NCBI GenBank assembly: GCA_043826565.1
Contig: JBDRPX010000015.1
Span: forward strand, 67,317 to 131,316
DNA: 64,000 nt
From: Candidatus Omnitrophota bacterium
Lineage (GTDB): Bacteria; Omnitrophota; Gorgyraeia; B26-G9
Reading direction: 5' to 3'
Within the stretch, counting starts at the first letter, position 1; each line of letters begins with the position of its first letter. Shown one piece after another: positions 9,879-20,800 of the stretch. The position numbers and the translations under genes are program-made. The notes under the pieces were generated by a model. It ran no database searches. It was not told where the DNA came from and saw nothing but the letters and a program-made list of their open reading frames with translations.

Positions 9879-12703
9879 TACTTTCCGCAGCATTTTTTGT
9901 GTTTTTTACCGCTTCCACAGGGGCAGGGATCATTCCTGCCGACCTTTTCCTGGCTGCGGGTATAAGTTGTTGCTTTTTGTTCCCGGGAGTCCTGCGGCAG
10001 AGCATGGGGAGTTTGCCCTGGCTGGTTAAAACTGGTTGTCTCCGGGTGTGAATAAGAAACCGGAATACTATCAAAAACTCCGGCAGGTTCTTCACTGGCA
10101 ACGGTTTTAATTTTAAACAGGAATTCCAGAGTTTCTTCTTTTATCCGGGCGATCATCTCCGAGAAAAGGCTATATGCTTCATGCTGGTATTCTACCAGAG
10201 GGTCTTTTTGCCCAAAAGCCCGTAAGCCGATGCCTTCGCGCAACGTATCCATAGCATGCAGATTGTCTTTCCACTGGGTATCTAATATATGCAGGCATAT
10301 GGAACGTTCAAAATCACGGGACATATTCCGGCTCATGGAATTAAGTTTTACTTCATACGCGGTGATTAAAGTGTTGGCTAATGTTTCCTGGATATTCCCG
10401 TCCGCGGGCGCGGTAAACGAAATGCCGAATTTTGAATGGACCCAATCTTCCAGGCCGCTGATGTTCCAATCTCCGGGGTGTACTTTTGGCGGCAGATACT
10501 GCTCGGCCGCGTCTTCGACAATCTCATGGATCAACTCAATAATAAATTCCCGGGCATTGTCCTGCTCTAATATTTTTCGGCGCTGTTCATAAATAATTTC
10601 CCGCTGTTTGTTCATGACATTGTCATATTCAAGAAGCTGTTTGCGGATTTCAAAATTATGGCCTTCTACGCGTTTTTGGGCAATCTCAATGGAACGGGTG
10701 ATCATCAGATGCTCGATCGGCATATCTTCTTCCCATTGTACTAAATCCATAAACTTGGAAATCCTGTCCGAGGCAAATATCCGCATTAAATCATCTTGAA
10801 GCGATAGATAAAAACGGCTGGATCCGGGATCGCCCTGCCGTCCGGAACGGCCGCGCAGCTGATTGTCGATGCGGCGTGATTCATGACGTTCGGTGCCGAT
10901 AATATGCAGTCCGCCAAGAGCAATAACTTTTTCATGCTCATTGAGTGTCTCGTCTTTTACGCTTTGCAGAGCTTGCTCTTTTTGCTCTTTAGTGGCTAAT
11001 TGCGGATCAATGCCTTTTTTGCGCAGGAGTTCACTGGCAAAAAAATCCGCGTTTCCGCCAAGTAAAATATCGGTTCCCCGTCCGGCCATATTAGTGGCAA
11101 TAGTTACATTTCCGAATTTTCCGGATTGAGCAATAATCGTGGCTTCCTGTTCATGATATTTAGCATTAAGCACGCTGTGGGGGATACCTTTTTGTTTTAA
11201 TAGGCGGCCGAGAAGCTCTGATTTTTCTATAGAGATTGTTCCCACTAAAACCGGCCTTCCGACTTGATGCATTTGGCAGATTTCTTCAACAACAGCTTTA
11301 AACTTTTCTTTCTCGGTTTTATAAATAACATCCGGCTGATTATCCCGGGACAACGGCCGGTTTGTCGGGATCACGGTTACGTCAAGTTTATAGATATGCT
11401 GGAATTCCGCTTCTTCGGTTACCGCGGTTCCGGTCATGCCGGCAAGTTTATTATACATGCGAAAGTAATTCTGGAAGGTGATTGTCGCTAAAGTCTGATT
11501 TTCTCTTTCGATTTTTACCCCTTCTTTAGCCTCAACAGCCTGGTGCAATCCGTCGCTCCAGCGGCGTCCCGGCATCAGCCTTCCGGTAAAATCATCAACG
11601 ATAATTACTTTGCCTTCCTTTACTACATAATGAACATCGCGTTTGAAAAGCCGGGAATGAGCTTTTAAGGCCTGGTCGACATGGTGCTTGAGCTCCATTG
11701 TTTCTAAATCGCTGAGGCTGTCCACGCCGAGTATTTTCGCGACCCGAGCTTCGCCTTGCTCGGTAAGATAAGCGGCATGACTTTTTTCATCAACAATAAA
11801 ATCACCGGATTCCTCTTTGGTTTCCTCATTTTTTTCGCCTTCGGTAAGCTTGGGAATTATTCGGTCAATACTGTAATACTTGTCGGTGGAAGCTTCTGTT
11901 GGTCCGGAAATGATCAAAGGAGTTCGTGCTTCATCAATAAGGATACTGTCAACTTCATCAACAATGGCAAAGTTAAGTTCTCTCTGGACCATATCATCTT
12001 TATGCAGGACCATATTGTCCCGTAAATAATCAAAACCAAACTCATTATTGGTCCCGTAGGTAATATCGCTATGGTATGCCTGCCGGCGGGTGAGTGGTTT
12101 TAAGTGCGACATGCGTTCATCACGCGTGGAGTCATCAAGATATGCCGGGTCATATACAACAGAAGCCTCATGGGCAATAGAAGCGCACGTTAAGCCTAGA
12201 AAATGATATATCGGCCCCATCCATCCGCAGTCTCTTTGAGCCAGATAATCGTTTACGGTAATTAAGTGTACCCCTTTTCCGGTTAGCGCGTTAAGATAGA
12301 CCGCCAGAGTTGCCACCAGGGTTTTTCCTTCACCAGTGGTCATTTCCGCGATTTTCCCCTCATGAAGGATAATCCCGCCGAAAAGCTGTACGTCAAAATG
12401 CCGCATAGCTACAGTACGCTTGGACGCCTCCCGGCAAACAGCAAAAGCTTCCGGAAGGATCTCATCTAATGCGGCTTTTTCTATTTTTTTTATTTCTTTT
12501 TCCGGGGCATCTTCCTCAAGGTGCTCTTTGGTGTATTCGCTTATCCGGGCTTTAAATTCTCCGGTTTTATTTTTTAATTGCTCGTCGGAAAGGCCGGAGA
12601 TCTCTGCTTCCAGGGAATTTATTTTTTCAACTAAAGGGCTAAGCCGTTTAAGCTCTTTTTCGTTGTGTGATCCAAAGATCATGTTTTTTATGAATTTTAA
12701 CAT
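9878..12703 (-). CDS. secA: Preprotein translocase ATPase SecA
   Basis: [59 protein letters not shown]. Confidence 0.99.
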   Translation of the reverse strand: MLKFIKNMIFGSHNEKELKRLSPLVEKINSLEAEISGLSDEQLKNKTGEFKARISEYTKEHLEEDAPEKEIKKIEKAALDEILPEAFAVCREASKRTVAMRHFDVQLFGGIILHEGKIAEMTTGEGKTLVATLAVYLNALTGKGVHLITVNDYLAQRDCGWMGPIYHFLGLTCASIAHEASVVYDPAYLDDSTRDERMSHLKPLTRRQAYHSDITYGTNNEFGFDYLRDNMVLHKDDMVQRELNFAIVDEVDSILIDEARTPLIISGPTEASTDKYYSIDRIIPKLTEGEKNEETKEESGDFIVDEKSHAAYLTEQGEARVAKILGVDSLSDLETMELKHHVDQALKAHSRLFKRDVHYVVKEGKVIIVDDFTGRLMPGRRWSDGLHQAVEAKEGVKIERENQTLATITFQNYFRMYNKLAGMTGTAVTEEAEFQHIYKLDVTVIPTNRPLSRDNQPDVIYKTEKEKFKAVVEEICQMHQVGRPVLVGTISIEKSELLGRLLKQKGIPHSVLNAKYHEQEATIIAQSGKFGNVTIATNMAGRGTDILLGGNADFFASELLRKKGIDPQLATKEQKEQALQSVKDETLNEHEKVIALGGLHIIGTERHESRRIDNQLRGRSGRQGDPGSSRFYLSLQDDLMRIFASDRISKFMDLVQWEEDMPIEHLMITRSIEIAQKRVEGHNFEIRKQLLEYDNVMNKQREIIYEQRRKILEQDNAREFIIELIHEIVEDAAEQYLPPKVHPGDWNISGLEDWVHSKFGISFTAPADGNIQETLANTLITAYEVKLNSMSRNMSRDFERSICLHILDTQWKDNLHAMDTLREGIGLRAFGQKDPLVEYQHEAYSLFSEMIARIKEETLEFLFKIKTVASEEPAGVFDSIPVSYSHPETTSFNQPGQTPHALPQDSREQKATTYTRSQEKVGRNDPCPCGSGKKHKKCCGK

Positions 12704-12797
12704 AGAAATTTCTCCTTAATGAATTTCTTATTATAAGACATAGCAGGAGAAATGGCAAGAGGATTTATAACGGGGGAATGATCTTTTGCGCCAAGGT

Positions 12798-13202
12798 TTA
12801 ATCCATTCCGTAGTCAGCCAGATAGGTATTCGAAGAGGTAAACACCTCATCCTGATCTAAAAAAATGTTTTGTCCGCTTTCCGCGCCGCTTTGCCGGGCG
12901 GCCTGAAGGCTAAATGTCAGGGCGGCATTGTCAATCGCGGGAATAGTATAGGTCCAATCGTCAGTATTGTGAAAGTTTCCGCCGATCGTTCCTTCGAGAT
13001 CACCTAAATTTTGGGTAAATGCCTGGTTTTCTGTAAACCACTCTAATTGGGCTTTGCGCATATTGTTTAAATCTGATTTTGCCTGTCCCATCTTAGCGCG
13101 TTCAATTGTGCGGGTATAACTGGGGACCGCGACAGTGACTAATATCCCGATGATTACAACGACCATTAATATCTCAATTAGGCTAAACCCCTTTTTATAC
13201 AT
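12798..13202 (-). CDS. Type IV pilin-like protein 2
   Basis: MYKKG|FSLIEILMVVVIIGILVTVAVP; AAAGGAG RBS before ATG at 13202. Confidence 0.93.
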   Translation of the reverse strand: MYKKGFSLIEILMVVVIIGILVTVAVPSYTRTIERAKMGQAKSDLNNMRKAQLEWFTENQAFTQNLGDLEGTIGGNFHNTDDWTYTIPAIDNAALTFSLQAARQSGAESGQNIFLDQDEVFTSSNTYLADYGMD

Positions 13203-13256
13203 GATAATCGCTCCTTTATAATAAATAGATAAAGCAGTAACGTATTGTCTAATATA

Positions 13257-13285
13257 AGTATACCCTTTTTTTTTAGAAAAAACAA
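13257..13285 (-). promoter_or_regulatory. Putative sigma70 promoter of pilin 2
   Basis: Minus strand TTGTTT-17 bp-TATACT; spacer contains a 9-bp A/T run (13266-13274). Confidence 0.55.
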
Positions 13286-13308
13286 GACTTCTTAGATAAG
13301 GCAAAAAA

Positions 13309-13505
13309 GGGTCATTCTTAATTAATGTGAACTGTTTTCTATAACTTAATTAGATATAAATTGTTTGGCTGAATTTAAGAATGCCCCTTGATTACACAGA
13401 TTTGTAAGAGATTACAATGATTATTTTTTATTGGTCTATCGGTGTAATCGGGCTTTAATCGCTATAATCAGGTTCTTTCAAGCTCACAAAAAATAAGAAA
13501 GAACC
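13309..13505 (+). repeat. Left composite repeat: 79-bp MITE-like unit + GATTAC array + GGTTCTTT hairpin
   Basis: GGGTCATTCTT..AAGAATGCCCC (13309-13387), gattacacagatt...aatcgctataatca, ggttctttc..gaaagaacc; inverted homologue at 15368-15573. Confidence 0.75.
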
Positions 13506-13556
13506 AAAAAATCCAAGATATGTTATAATATCATCCACATAACGGAGATTAAGAGC

Positions 13557-14696
13557 ATGAAAAAGCTTAATATACTGCATATAATAACCAATTTGGAGCT
13601 GGGCGGAGCGCAGAAAAACGCGTTAAAAATAATCACGGCTCTGGAAAATAGCAAATATAATAAATTTTTCATCAGCGCGCCCCGCGGCTTATTATGTGAA
13701 GAAGCCAAAGCCTTAAATGATGTGACGGTTTGTTTTCTTTCCTCTTTAAAAAGATCGATCTCTCCGCTGCACGATATGATCGCCTTGGGTAATATTGCCG
13801 GTTTTATCCGGAGGAATAAAATCGATATTGTGCATACACACAGCTCTAAAGCCGGAATTCTGGGCCGCTGGGCAGCGCATTTATGCGGAGTAAAAACAAT
13901 AATTCACAGTATTCATGGATGGAGTTTTAATGACCATATGCATCCTTTGACCCGGCAATTGTATATATTTTTGGAAAAGATCACCGCCGGAATTACCACC
14001 AGCCTGGTTGCGGTTTCTAAACAAGACATTGAGAAAGGCCTGGATAATAAAGTAGGCAAGCCGGGCCAATACCAGCTCATTCATTATGGAATTGATCTAA
14101 AAACTAATTGCTTCGAGCCGGAAGATACTAAAAAATCTATTTTAGGGTGTGAAATGGATAGCCCGGTTGCGGGGATGATCGCTTGTCTTAAGCCGCAGAA
14201 AAACCCCTTGGATTTTGTCCGCATGGCCGCAATAATCAGTGAAAAATATCCGCAAGTGCGGTTTGTCGAGATCGGAGAAGGTGTTTTGCGCCAACAGATG
14301 CGGGCGATGATTCGGGAAAAAAGCTTAGAAGACAAGGTGAAGCTTTTGGGCTGGCGCAAAGACATTGAAACGATCCTGCCTTTAGTGGATGTGGTTGTGT
14401 TGACGTCTTTGTGGGAGGGCTTACCCATGGTTCTGCTCGAAGCTATGGCTCTGGCCAAGCCGATCGTTGCTTATGATGCCGGCGGGGTAAGTGAGATTCT
14501 TCAGGATCAAATAAATGGCTATCTGATAAAGCAGAAAGATCTCGGTTCTTTGGCGGAAAAAACCGGGTATTTGCTAAATAATAAAACAGCTGCCCGGGCC
14601 ATGGGGCAAAAAGGGAAAGAATTGTTTGAGCATTCGGATTTTAATGTAACAGCAATGATGGCTAAATTTGAAATTCTGTATCAATCAAAAACATAA
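13557..14696 (+). CDS. Glycosyltransferase family 4 (GT-B)
   Basis: LELGGAQ, HTHSSKAG, KPQKN, SLWEGLPMVLLEAMA. Confidence 0.94.
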   Translation: MKKLNILHIITNLELGGAQKNALKIITALENSKYNKFFISAPRGLLCEEAKALNDVTVCFLSSLKRSISPLHDMIALGNIAGFIRRNKIDIVHTHSSKAGILGRWAAHLCGVKTIIHSIHGWSFNDHMHPLTRQLYIFLEKITAGITTSLVAVSKQDIEKGLDNKVGKPGQYQLIHYGIDLKTNCFEPEDTKKSILGCEMDSPVAGMIACLKPQKNPLDFVRMAAIISEKYPQVRFVEIGEGVLRQQMRAMIREKSLEDKVKLLGWRKDIETILPLVDVVVLTSLWEGLPMVLLEAMALAKPIVAYDAGGVSEILQDQINGYLIKQKDLGSLAEKTGYLLNNKTAARAMGQKGKELFEHSDFNVTAMMAKFEILYQSKT

Positions 14697-14710
14697 ATCT
14701 GCGAAAAAGG

Positions 14711-15112
14711 CTAATCCGGATATCTCCCGATATCATTGCTCGCATCGTCAAAATATGTTAAGGTTGCTGTTTGATTTAAAGTAATATAATAATTAACAAA
14801 TCTTCCGTTGTTTCTGGTGGCGGTGGCGGTAAAGGTGTCGGTAGTGGCGGAAACAATCGAATATGTCCACTCTCCGTCATTGGCTACGAATGTTGCACAA
14901 GATTGCAGATTAGCAATGGAGTTTGTGTAACTTGAATTTTCAATAGCCCAGACGCCTTCCGCGGAATGAATAATATTAAGCGTTTCTATGGCCTGCGCCC
15001 CAAAACCTTTTTCCTGGGTATTCAGATAGTGAGGGACGGCGATCGCGGCAACTATCCCGATGATAATGACGGTAACCATAAGTTCAACAAGTGTAAACCC
15101 CTTTATGTTCAT
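14711..15112 (-). CDS. Type IV pilin-like protein 3
   Basis: MNIKG|FTLVELMVTVIIIGIVAAIAVP; GGAGAG RBS before ATG at 15112. Confidence 0.93.
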   Translation of the reverse strand: MNIKGFTLVELMVTVIIIGIVAAIAVPHYLNTQEKGFGAQAIETLNIIHSAEGVWAIENSSYTNSIANLQSCATFVANDGEWTYSIVSATTDTFTATATRNNGRFVNYYITLNQTATLTYFDDASNDIGRYPD

Positions 15113-15144
15113 AAAAATCTCTCCTGGCACAATCCTCATATAAG

Positions 15145-15278
15145 AATCGGATTATACCTGATTAAAACGATTATTAATAGATTACAAAGATTAAACCATT
15201 AATCTTCTATAACTAATTCCACAGAAAAAAGATATCTTTCTTTAATCACTGTAATCTCCTCTTTAATCTATGGAATCA
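15145..15278. repeat. GATTA/TAATC inverted array upstream of pilin 3
   Basis: gattatacctgattaaaacgattattaatagattacaaagatt ... taatcactgtaatctcctctttaatctatggaatc. Confidence 0.6.
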
Positions 15279-15367
15279 AAACATCCTGATCTTTATGGGA
15301 TGTTTTTAAAAATAATAGAAATAAAGTTTTCCCTGCATCAAGTATACCATATGCCGCGATAAAAAGG

Positions 15368-15573
15368 GGTTCTTTTTTTGTTCAATTTGAACAAAAAAAG
15401 AACCTGATTGCATAGATTAAAACACGATTACACAGATTTATTTTCTGTCAAACGAAGACAATCGCTGTAATCTGCTTTTTAATCATTGGAATCAGGGGCA
15501 TTCTGAAATTTTTGTTAACTAAGTTCACTGTAATAACTTATAAACAATCTTTCAGCTTAAATAAGAATGCCCC
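15368..15573 (-). repeat. Right composite repeat (inverted copy of 13309-13505)
   Basis: Perfect 18-bp-arm palindrome 15368-15404, GATTAC array, 79-bp GGGGCATTCT..AGAATGCCCC unit (15495-15573). Confidence 0.75.
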
Positions 15574-15583
15574 TAAAAAGGTA

Positions 15584-15645
15584 TTGACAAAAAATTCTTT
15601 GTGGGATATACTTATTAATGTGAATAGTTAGCATTGTTAACTATT
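15584..15645 (+). promoter_or_regulatory. sigma70 promoter and probable MarR operator
   Basis: TTGACA(15584)-17-TATACT(15607); inverted repeat AATAGTTAGCA-T-TGTTAACTATT (15623-15645) just before AAGGAGG. Confidence 0.8.
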
Positions 15646-15658
15646 AAGGAGGTTAATA

Positions 15659-16135
15659 ATGAACAGACCGGATTCGGTTGATGTTTTTGCCCGGGAGCTG
15701 TCGGAGATTTTCCCGCAGGTGATCCGCGGGGTGATGAGCCGGGAAACGCATGCTTTGGCCCGGGGCAAGATTACGGCGCCCCAATATCTGGTGCTGGAAT
15801 TGCTTCATTCACAGGGGCCGTCGAAGATGAGCTGTTTAGCCGAAGAATTCCGGGTAAGCTCTCCGGCAATGAGCGGCTTGGTGGATAGGCTTTTTAAAAT
15901 GAATGTGGTTAAACGGGTCTATGGGGAAAAAGACCGCCGGGTAATCAGAATAGAGCTTACGGCGAAAGGGAAAAAGCTGGCCGAAGAGATCAGCCGGCAA
16001 AAACAAAAAATGATCAAAGAATTTTTCGGGCAGCTAGCGGAAAAAGACCGCCGGGATTATCTGCGTATATTAAAAAAGATCCGGGGATTGTTATTTAAAG
16101 CCGCAAGTCCCAAGCCTCAAGCCGCAAGGAAATAA
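15659..16135 (+). CDS. MarR-family transcriptional regulator
   Basis: ITAPQY.VL, LAEE..VSSPAMSGLVDRL, DRRVIRIELTAKG. Confidence 0.95.
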   Translation: MNRPDSVDVFARELSEIFPQVIRGVMSRETHALARGKITAPQYLVLELLHSQGPSKMSCLAEEFRVSSPAMSGLVDRLFKMNVVKRVYGEKDRRVIRIELTAKGKKLAEEISRQKQKMIKEFFGQLAEKDRRDYLRILKKIRGLLFKAASPKPQAARK

Positions 16136-16228
16136 TAAAAACAAAAAACAGAAAAACGGAAAGACAAAAAATCAAAAGAACAGATGTCCAACTTTCAATA
16201 CTCAATATTCATAAACAGGTAATTAATT

Positions 16229-17707
16229 ATGAAAAATTTAAAAACAAGTTTAATTATAATTAGTATTTTGTGCTTTGTGGGGGCGTCTGATGCTGTTGCT
16301 GGTGAGGGGAACCCGCAGAAAAGAATCGCGCTTTCAATAGCTCAGGTAAGTAAGCTTGCCCTGGAAAATAATATTGATATTCAGATCGCGAAATATGACG
16401 CGTATATTAACCGGACCGCGGTTTCTGAGGTCAATTCGATTTTTGATACAGTGCTCAAAGCTTCAGCCGTGCATTCCGATGACCAGAGAAAAAGCGGAAG
16501 TACCTTTTCCGGGACTAAGAATACGGCTAATGATTATTCGCTCGGGATAGAAAAAAAGATTATTAGCGGAACGACCCTCGGAGTTGATTTTGAGGACAGC
16601 CGTTCGTGGACAAATTCTGCTTTTACATCGGTTAATCCGGCGCATGACGCGTCCGTGAGGTTTTCCATCTCTCAGCCTTTAGGCCGGAATTTTCTCGGGC
16701 TTGTTGACCGGGGGAATGTAAAAGTGACAAAACTTGAAGTTGCGAACAGCGACAGTTATGCTTTAGACAGGATAGAACAATCGCTGGCGAGTGTGCAGAG
16801 CGCTTATTGGCAATTGATGTTAAAATACGCGGAACTGGAAATAGAAAAAGATATGCTTAAAAAAGCGCAGGAATTGTACGCGATATTTAAGGAACAGAGT
16901 AAACTGGGATTGGTCGAAGACGCGGAGCTGTTTGCTTCCGGAGCCAATGTTGAAGAGCGCAGGGCCAGTGTGACGGCCGCGCAGAATAATGTTCTGCTGG
17001 CGAATAACGCGCTTTTACTTTTACTGCAGGAGGAAGATTCGGAGATTGTAATTCTCCCGGAAGAAGTTTTTTCTGTTCCGCCGGAACCGCTAGCATTAGA
17101 CCAGAGTTTGCGTATCGCGATCGCGCAGCGGCGTGATTATCAGCAGGCGAATAATGATATTGAAGTAAAAAAAATAAATTTAGACATGAAAAAAAATAAT
17201 CTCTGGCCGCAGATCGATCTGGAAGCTTCGTTTCTGCATAACGGCTTAGAGGTTTCTCAGGAAGATGCCTGGGGAAATACCACGGAAGAAGATAATCCCC
17301 AGCTATACGCCGGGATCACTGTGCGGGTTCCCTTGGAAAATTCTTCCGCTCGGGGAGCGCAGAAAAAAGCGCAAATTGAAAAAGCAAAAGCGTTATTGCA
17401 GTTAAAGAAAGTAGAGCATAAGATCGTTATTGAAGTTAACGACGCGACAAATACTTTAAATAATGCGGCGGAACAGATCGGATTTAAAGAACGCATTGTT
17501 GTTTTGCAGTCGAAAAAACTTGTTTTTGAAGAAAAACGATTTTCCTCCGGAAGGTCTAACAGCGATACTTTGATCCGGTATCAGGAGGATTTGTTAAGAG
17601 CAAAAATTGGATTAGCCGGCGCACGCTGTGCATATAAGCTGGCTTTGATTGATTTGAAACTCGCGCAAAATTCCCTTTTGGATGAATACTGGCAGGGGAA
17701 GCTTTAA
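16229..17707 (+). CDS. TolC-family outer membrane efflux protein
   Basis: Signal peptide, ALENNIDI, V.SAYWQL, LWPQIDL; position between MarR and RND. Confidence 0.9.
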   Translation: MKNLKTSLIIISILCFVGASDAVAGEGNPQKRIALSIAQVSKLALENNIDIQIAKYDAYINRTAVSEVNSIFDTVLKASAVHSDDQRKSGSTFSGTKNTANDYSLGIEKKIISGTTLGVDFEDSRSWTNSAFTSVNPAHDASVRFSISQPLGRNFLGLVDRGNVKVTKLEVANSDSYALDRIEQSLASVQSAYWQLMLKYAELEIEKDMLKKAQELYAIFKEQSKLGLVEDAELFASGANVEERRASVTAAQNNVLLANNALLLLLQEEDSEIVILPEEVFSVPPEPLALDQSLRIAIAQRRDYQQANNDIEVKKINLDMKKNNLWPQIDLEASFLHNGLEVSQEDAWGNTTEEDNPQLYAGITVRVPLENSSARGAQKKAQIEKAKALLQLKKVEHKIVIEVNDATNTLNNAAEQIGFKERIVVLQSKKLVFEEKRFSSGRSNSDTLIRYQEDLLRAKIGLAGARCAYKLALIDLKLAQNSLLDEYWQGKL

Positions 17708-17709
17708 CG

Positions 17710-17776
17710 GTTACAAGTCACAAGTCGCAAGTCGCAAGTTCCAGGGGAAAAAACTTGTGACCTGTAGCTTGAGACT
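17710..17776. repeat. GTCRCAA heptad hairpin
   Basis: gttacaa gtcacaa gtcgcaa gtcgcaa ... acttgtgacctgtagcttgagact. Confidence 0.7.
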
Positions 17777-17849
17777 GCCGGAGAGTAGTAGTAACTAAGA
17801 AAATTATTAGATTTTATTAATGGAATAGGTTTGCATAAAAAGGAATGTT

Positions 17850-20800
17850 ATGAATATTGCTCAATTTTCCGTAAAAAATTCTCTTTTTATTAATCTTGTT
17901 TCGGTGCTGATCCTGATCGTCGGGATTGTTTCGATGTTTACCTTAAACCGGGAAGCGTTTCCGGTTATTGATTTTGGCGAGGCTGCGGTGCAGACTGTTT
18001 ATCCGGGAGCGTCGCCGGAGGATGTGGAAAAATTAGTCACCACTCCGCTGGAAAAAGAATTACAAGAGGTTGACGAGATAGACGAGATACTCTCTATTTC
18101 CCGCGAAGGAATGTCGGTGATTAGTTTAACCATGGATCCGGAGGCCAAGGATATCCAGAAAATTACGGATAATATTCAAAAAGCCGTAGACCGGGTTACC
18201 GATCTTCCGGCCGCGGTAGAAGACCGCCCGGTAGTTATTGAGATAAATAGTAAAATATTCCCGATCGTTAATATCGGCCTGGGCGGGACGCTTAATGAAT
18301 TTGCTTTGCAGGAGCAGGCGGATATATTAAAAGATCAGTTAGAAGATATCCGCGGCGTGGCAAAAATTTCGCGCTCCGGATACCGGGATCAGGAATTTTG
18401 GGTAGAGCCGGATTTGCGTAAAATGCGGAATATGCATGTTTCCATAGAAGAGATCATGGAAGGATTGCGTTCGCGTAATATTACCGTTCCCGGAGGGAAG
18501 CTGAAAACTTCCAGTGAAGAATTTGCGATTAAAACAACCGGTGAATTTACTACCAAAGAAGAGATTGAAGATGTTATTATCCGCGCGAATGATCTCGGCA
18601 ACTGGCTTTTGGTCAAGGATGTGGCGACAGTAAAACATACTTTTGAAGAAGAGCAGGTAATTAATAAAAATCTCGGGAAAAAAGCGATAACCCTGCTGGT
18701 TTATAAAAAGGAAAAAGGCGACGCGATCAATGTTGCCAACGCGGTTTACAAAACACTGGATGAATTTAAAAAGACCGCTCCGGCGGGGTTAACGATTTCT
18801 CCTTTTGATGATATGTCTTATTACATTAAGCGGCGTTTAAATGTCCTGCGGTCAAATGGATTAGTCGGGTTTATTTTTGTTATCTTAATACTTTTTGCGT
18901 TTTTGCACGCGCGGCCGGCATTTTTTACGGCTTTGGGGATTCCGGTGGCGATGTGCGCGACGCTTGGGCTGATGCATGTTTTAGGAGTTACGATCAATCT
19001 CATGACCATGTTCGGCTTAGTTATTGTCTTGGGCATGATCGTTGATGACGGAATTATAATTTCCGAAAATGTATTTCGGTATGTTGAAGAAGGACTTTCG
19101 CCCCGGGAAGCAGCGGTTAAGGGAACAAGTGAAGTTATTGCTCCGGTTGCCGCGACGATCATCACAACCATTGCGGCGTTCCTTCCCCTTATGTATATGA
19201 GCGGAATTATCGGTAAATTTCTTCGGTATATTCCGATGATGGTGATTATCGCGCTGTGCGCTTCGGTTATCGAAGCTTTTATTATTCTCCCGTCACATTT
19301 AGCAGACTTTTTGCGGCCCATAAAAAATCATAATAGCGACCGGGAAATGGAAGAGCAGGATGTTAAGACCATTGTGATCTTTTCCGTTGTTTCCGGAATT
19401 ATCGCGGCAATTCTCGCGGGGTTTGCCAACAGCAGTCCGTTCGGAGTGCTGGCCTTGATCTTATCCGTGGGAGCTTTTTCTGTTTTTGTAAAGAAATACC
19501 CGGTTTTAGAAGCGATGATAAAATTTTATAAAAAAATACTGGAACAAGCGCTGCATTACCGGTATCTGGTTTTCGGAGCGATCGTCATGGCGTTTATCGC
19601 GTGTTTGATGCTGATCGTGTTTGTTCTTCCGAAATCAATGTTTAGCGCTAAAGGGGTGGAAGAATTTCTTGTGCGGGCGGAAGCTCCGGTGGGAACTCCT
19701 TTAGAAAAAACAAATGAAATGATGAAACCGGTTGAGGATTTAGTCGGAGCTGTCGGTGATAAGTATATCCAAAGTTTTGAAACAACGATCGGACAAATAG
19801 AGGCCGGCCGGGGCATGGGCGATCCGAATGCTCAATCCGGCTCTAATGTGGCTCAGTTACATGTGTTTCTTACGCCTATGCAGCAGCGGGATAAAGGGCC
19901 CAAAGAGATTATCGAAGAGTTAAGGCCCGGGCTGGAAAAAATCCCGGGATTTGAAAAGTTATATTTTTATGAATTAAAAGAAGGCCCGCCGGTGGGAAGA
20001 GACCTTGAATTTAATATCCGCGGTGATGATTTTGCGGTTATCCGGGAACTAGCGGGAAAGGTAAAAGAGCATTTAGCCAAAATAGACGGCGTATCGGATA
20101 TCGCGGACAGCTATACTTTAGGAGACCGGGAACTGCATATTGTTGTTAATCGGGAAAAAGCAGCCAAAGCTTATTTAACCGTAGGGCAGATCGCTACAAG
20201 TATCCGGAATGCTTTTGAAGGAGGTATCGCCACAACGATCAAGAAAACAAAAGCTGAAGAAGAGATCAAGGTGCGGGTACGCTTGCCTCAGGCGCAGCGC
20301 GGCACTCAGGAAGTTTTTAATGAGCTTTTGATACCCAACAGCAAAGGCAATCTTGTGCCGCTTAAGACTGTTTCCCAAATACAGACAACACAGTCCGCGC
20401 GGGCAATTAGTCATTTAGACGGCAAAAGATATATTCAGGTCGCGGCCGCGGTTAATAAAAAAAAGATAAATACCCAGAGATTAGTGGAACAAGTGCTTGA
20501 TAAGTTTGCAAGTCTCGCGCAGAATTATCCGGGGTATTCTATCCGTATCGGCGGAGAAGAAAAAGAAAATCAAAAAGCCTTTGCCAGTTTAATGACCGCG
20601 TTTATGATCGCGCTATTGGCGATCTTTATGATTCTGGCGACTTTGTTCAGTTCTTTGATCCAGCCGTTTATTGTGATGATCACCATTCCGTTCGCGCTTA
20701 TTGGCGTGGTTATCGCGCTTTTGATCCATGGGGAACCGTTAAGTATATTATCGTTTATCGGGATTGTCGGCTTAGCCGGGGTTGTGGTAAATGATTCCAT

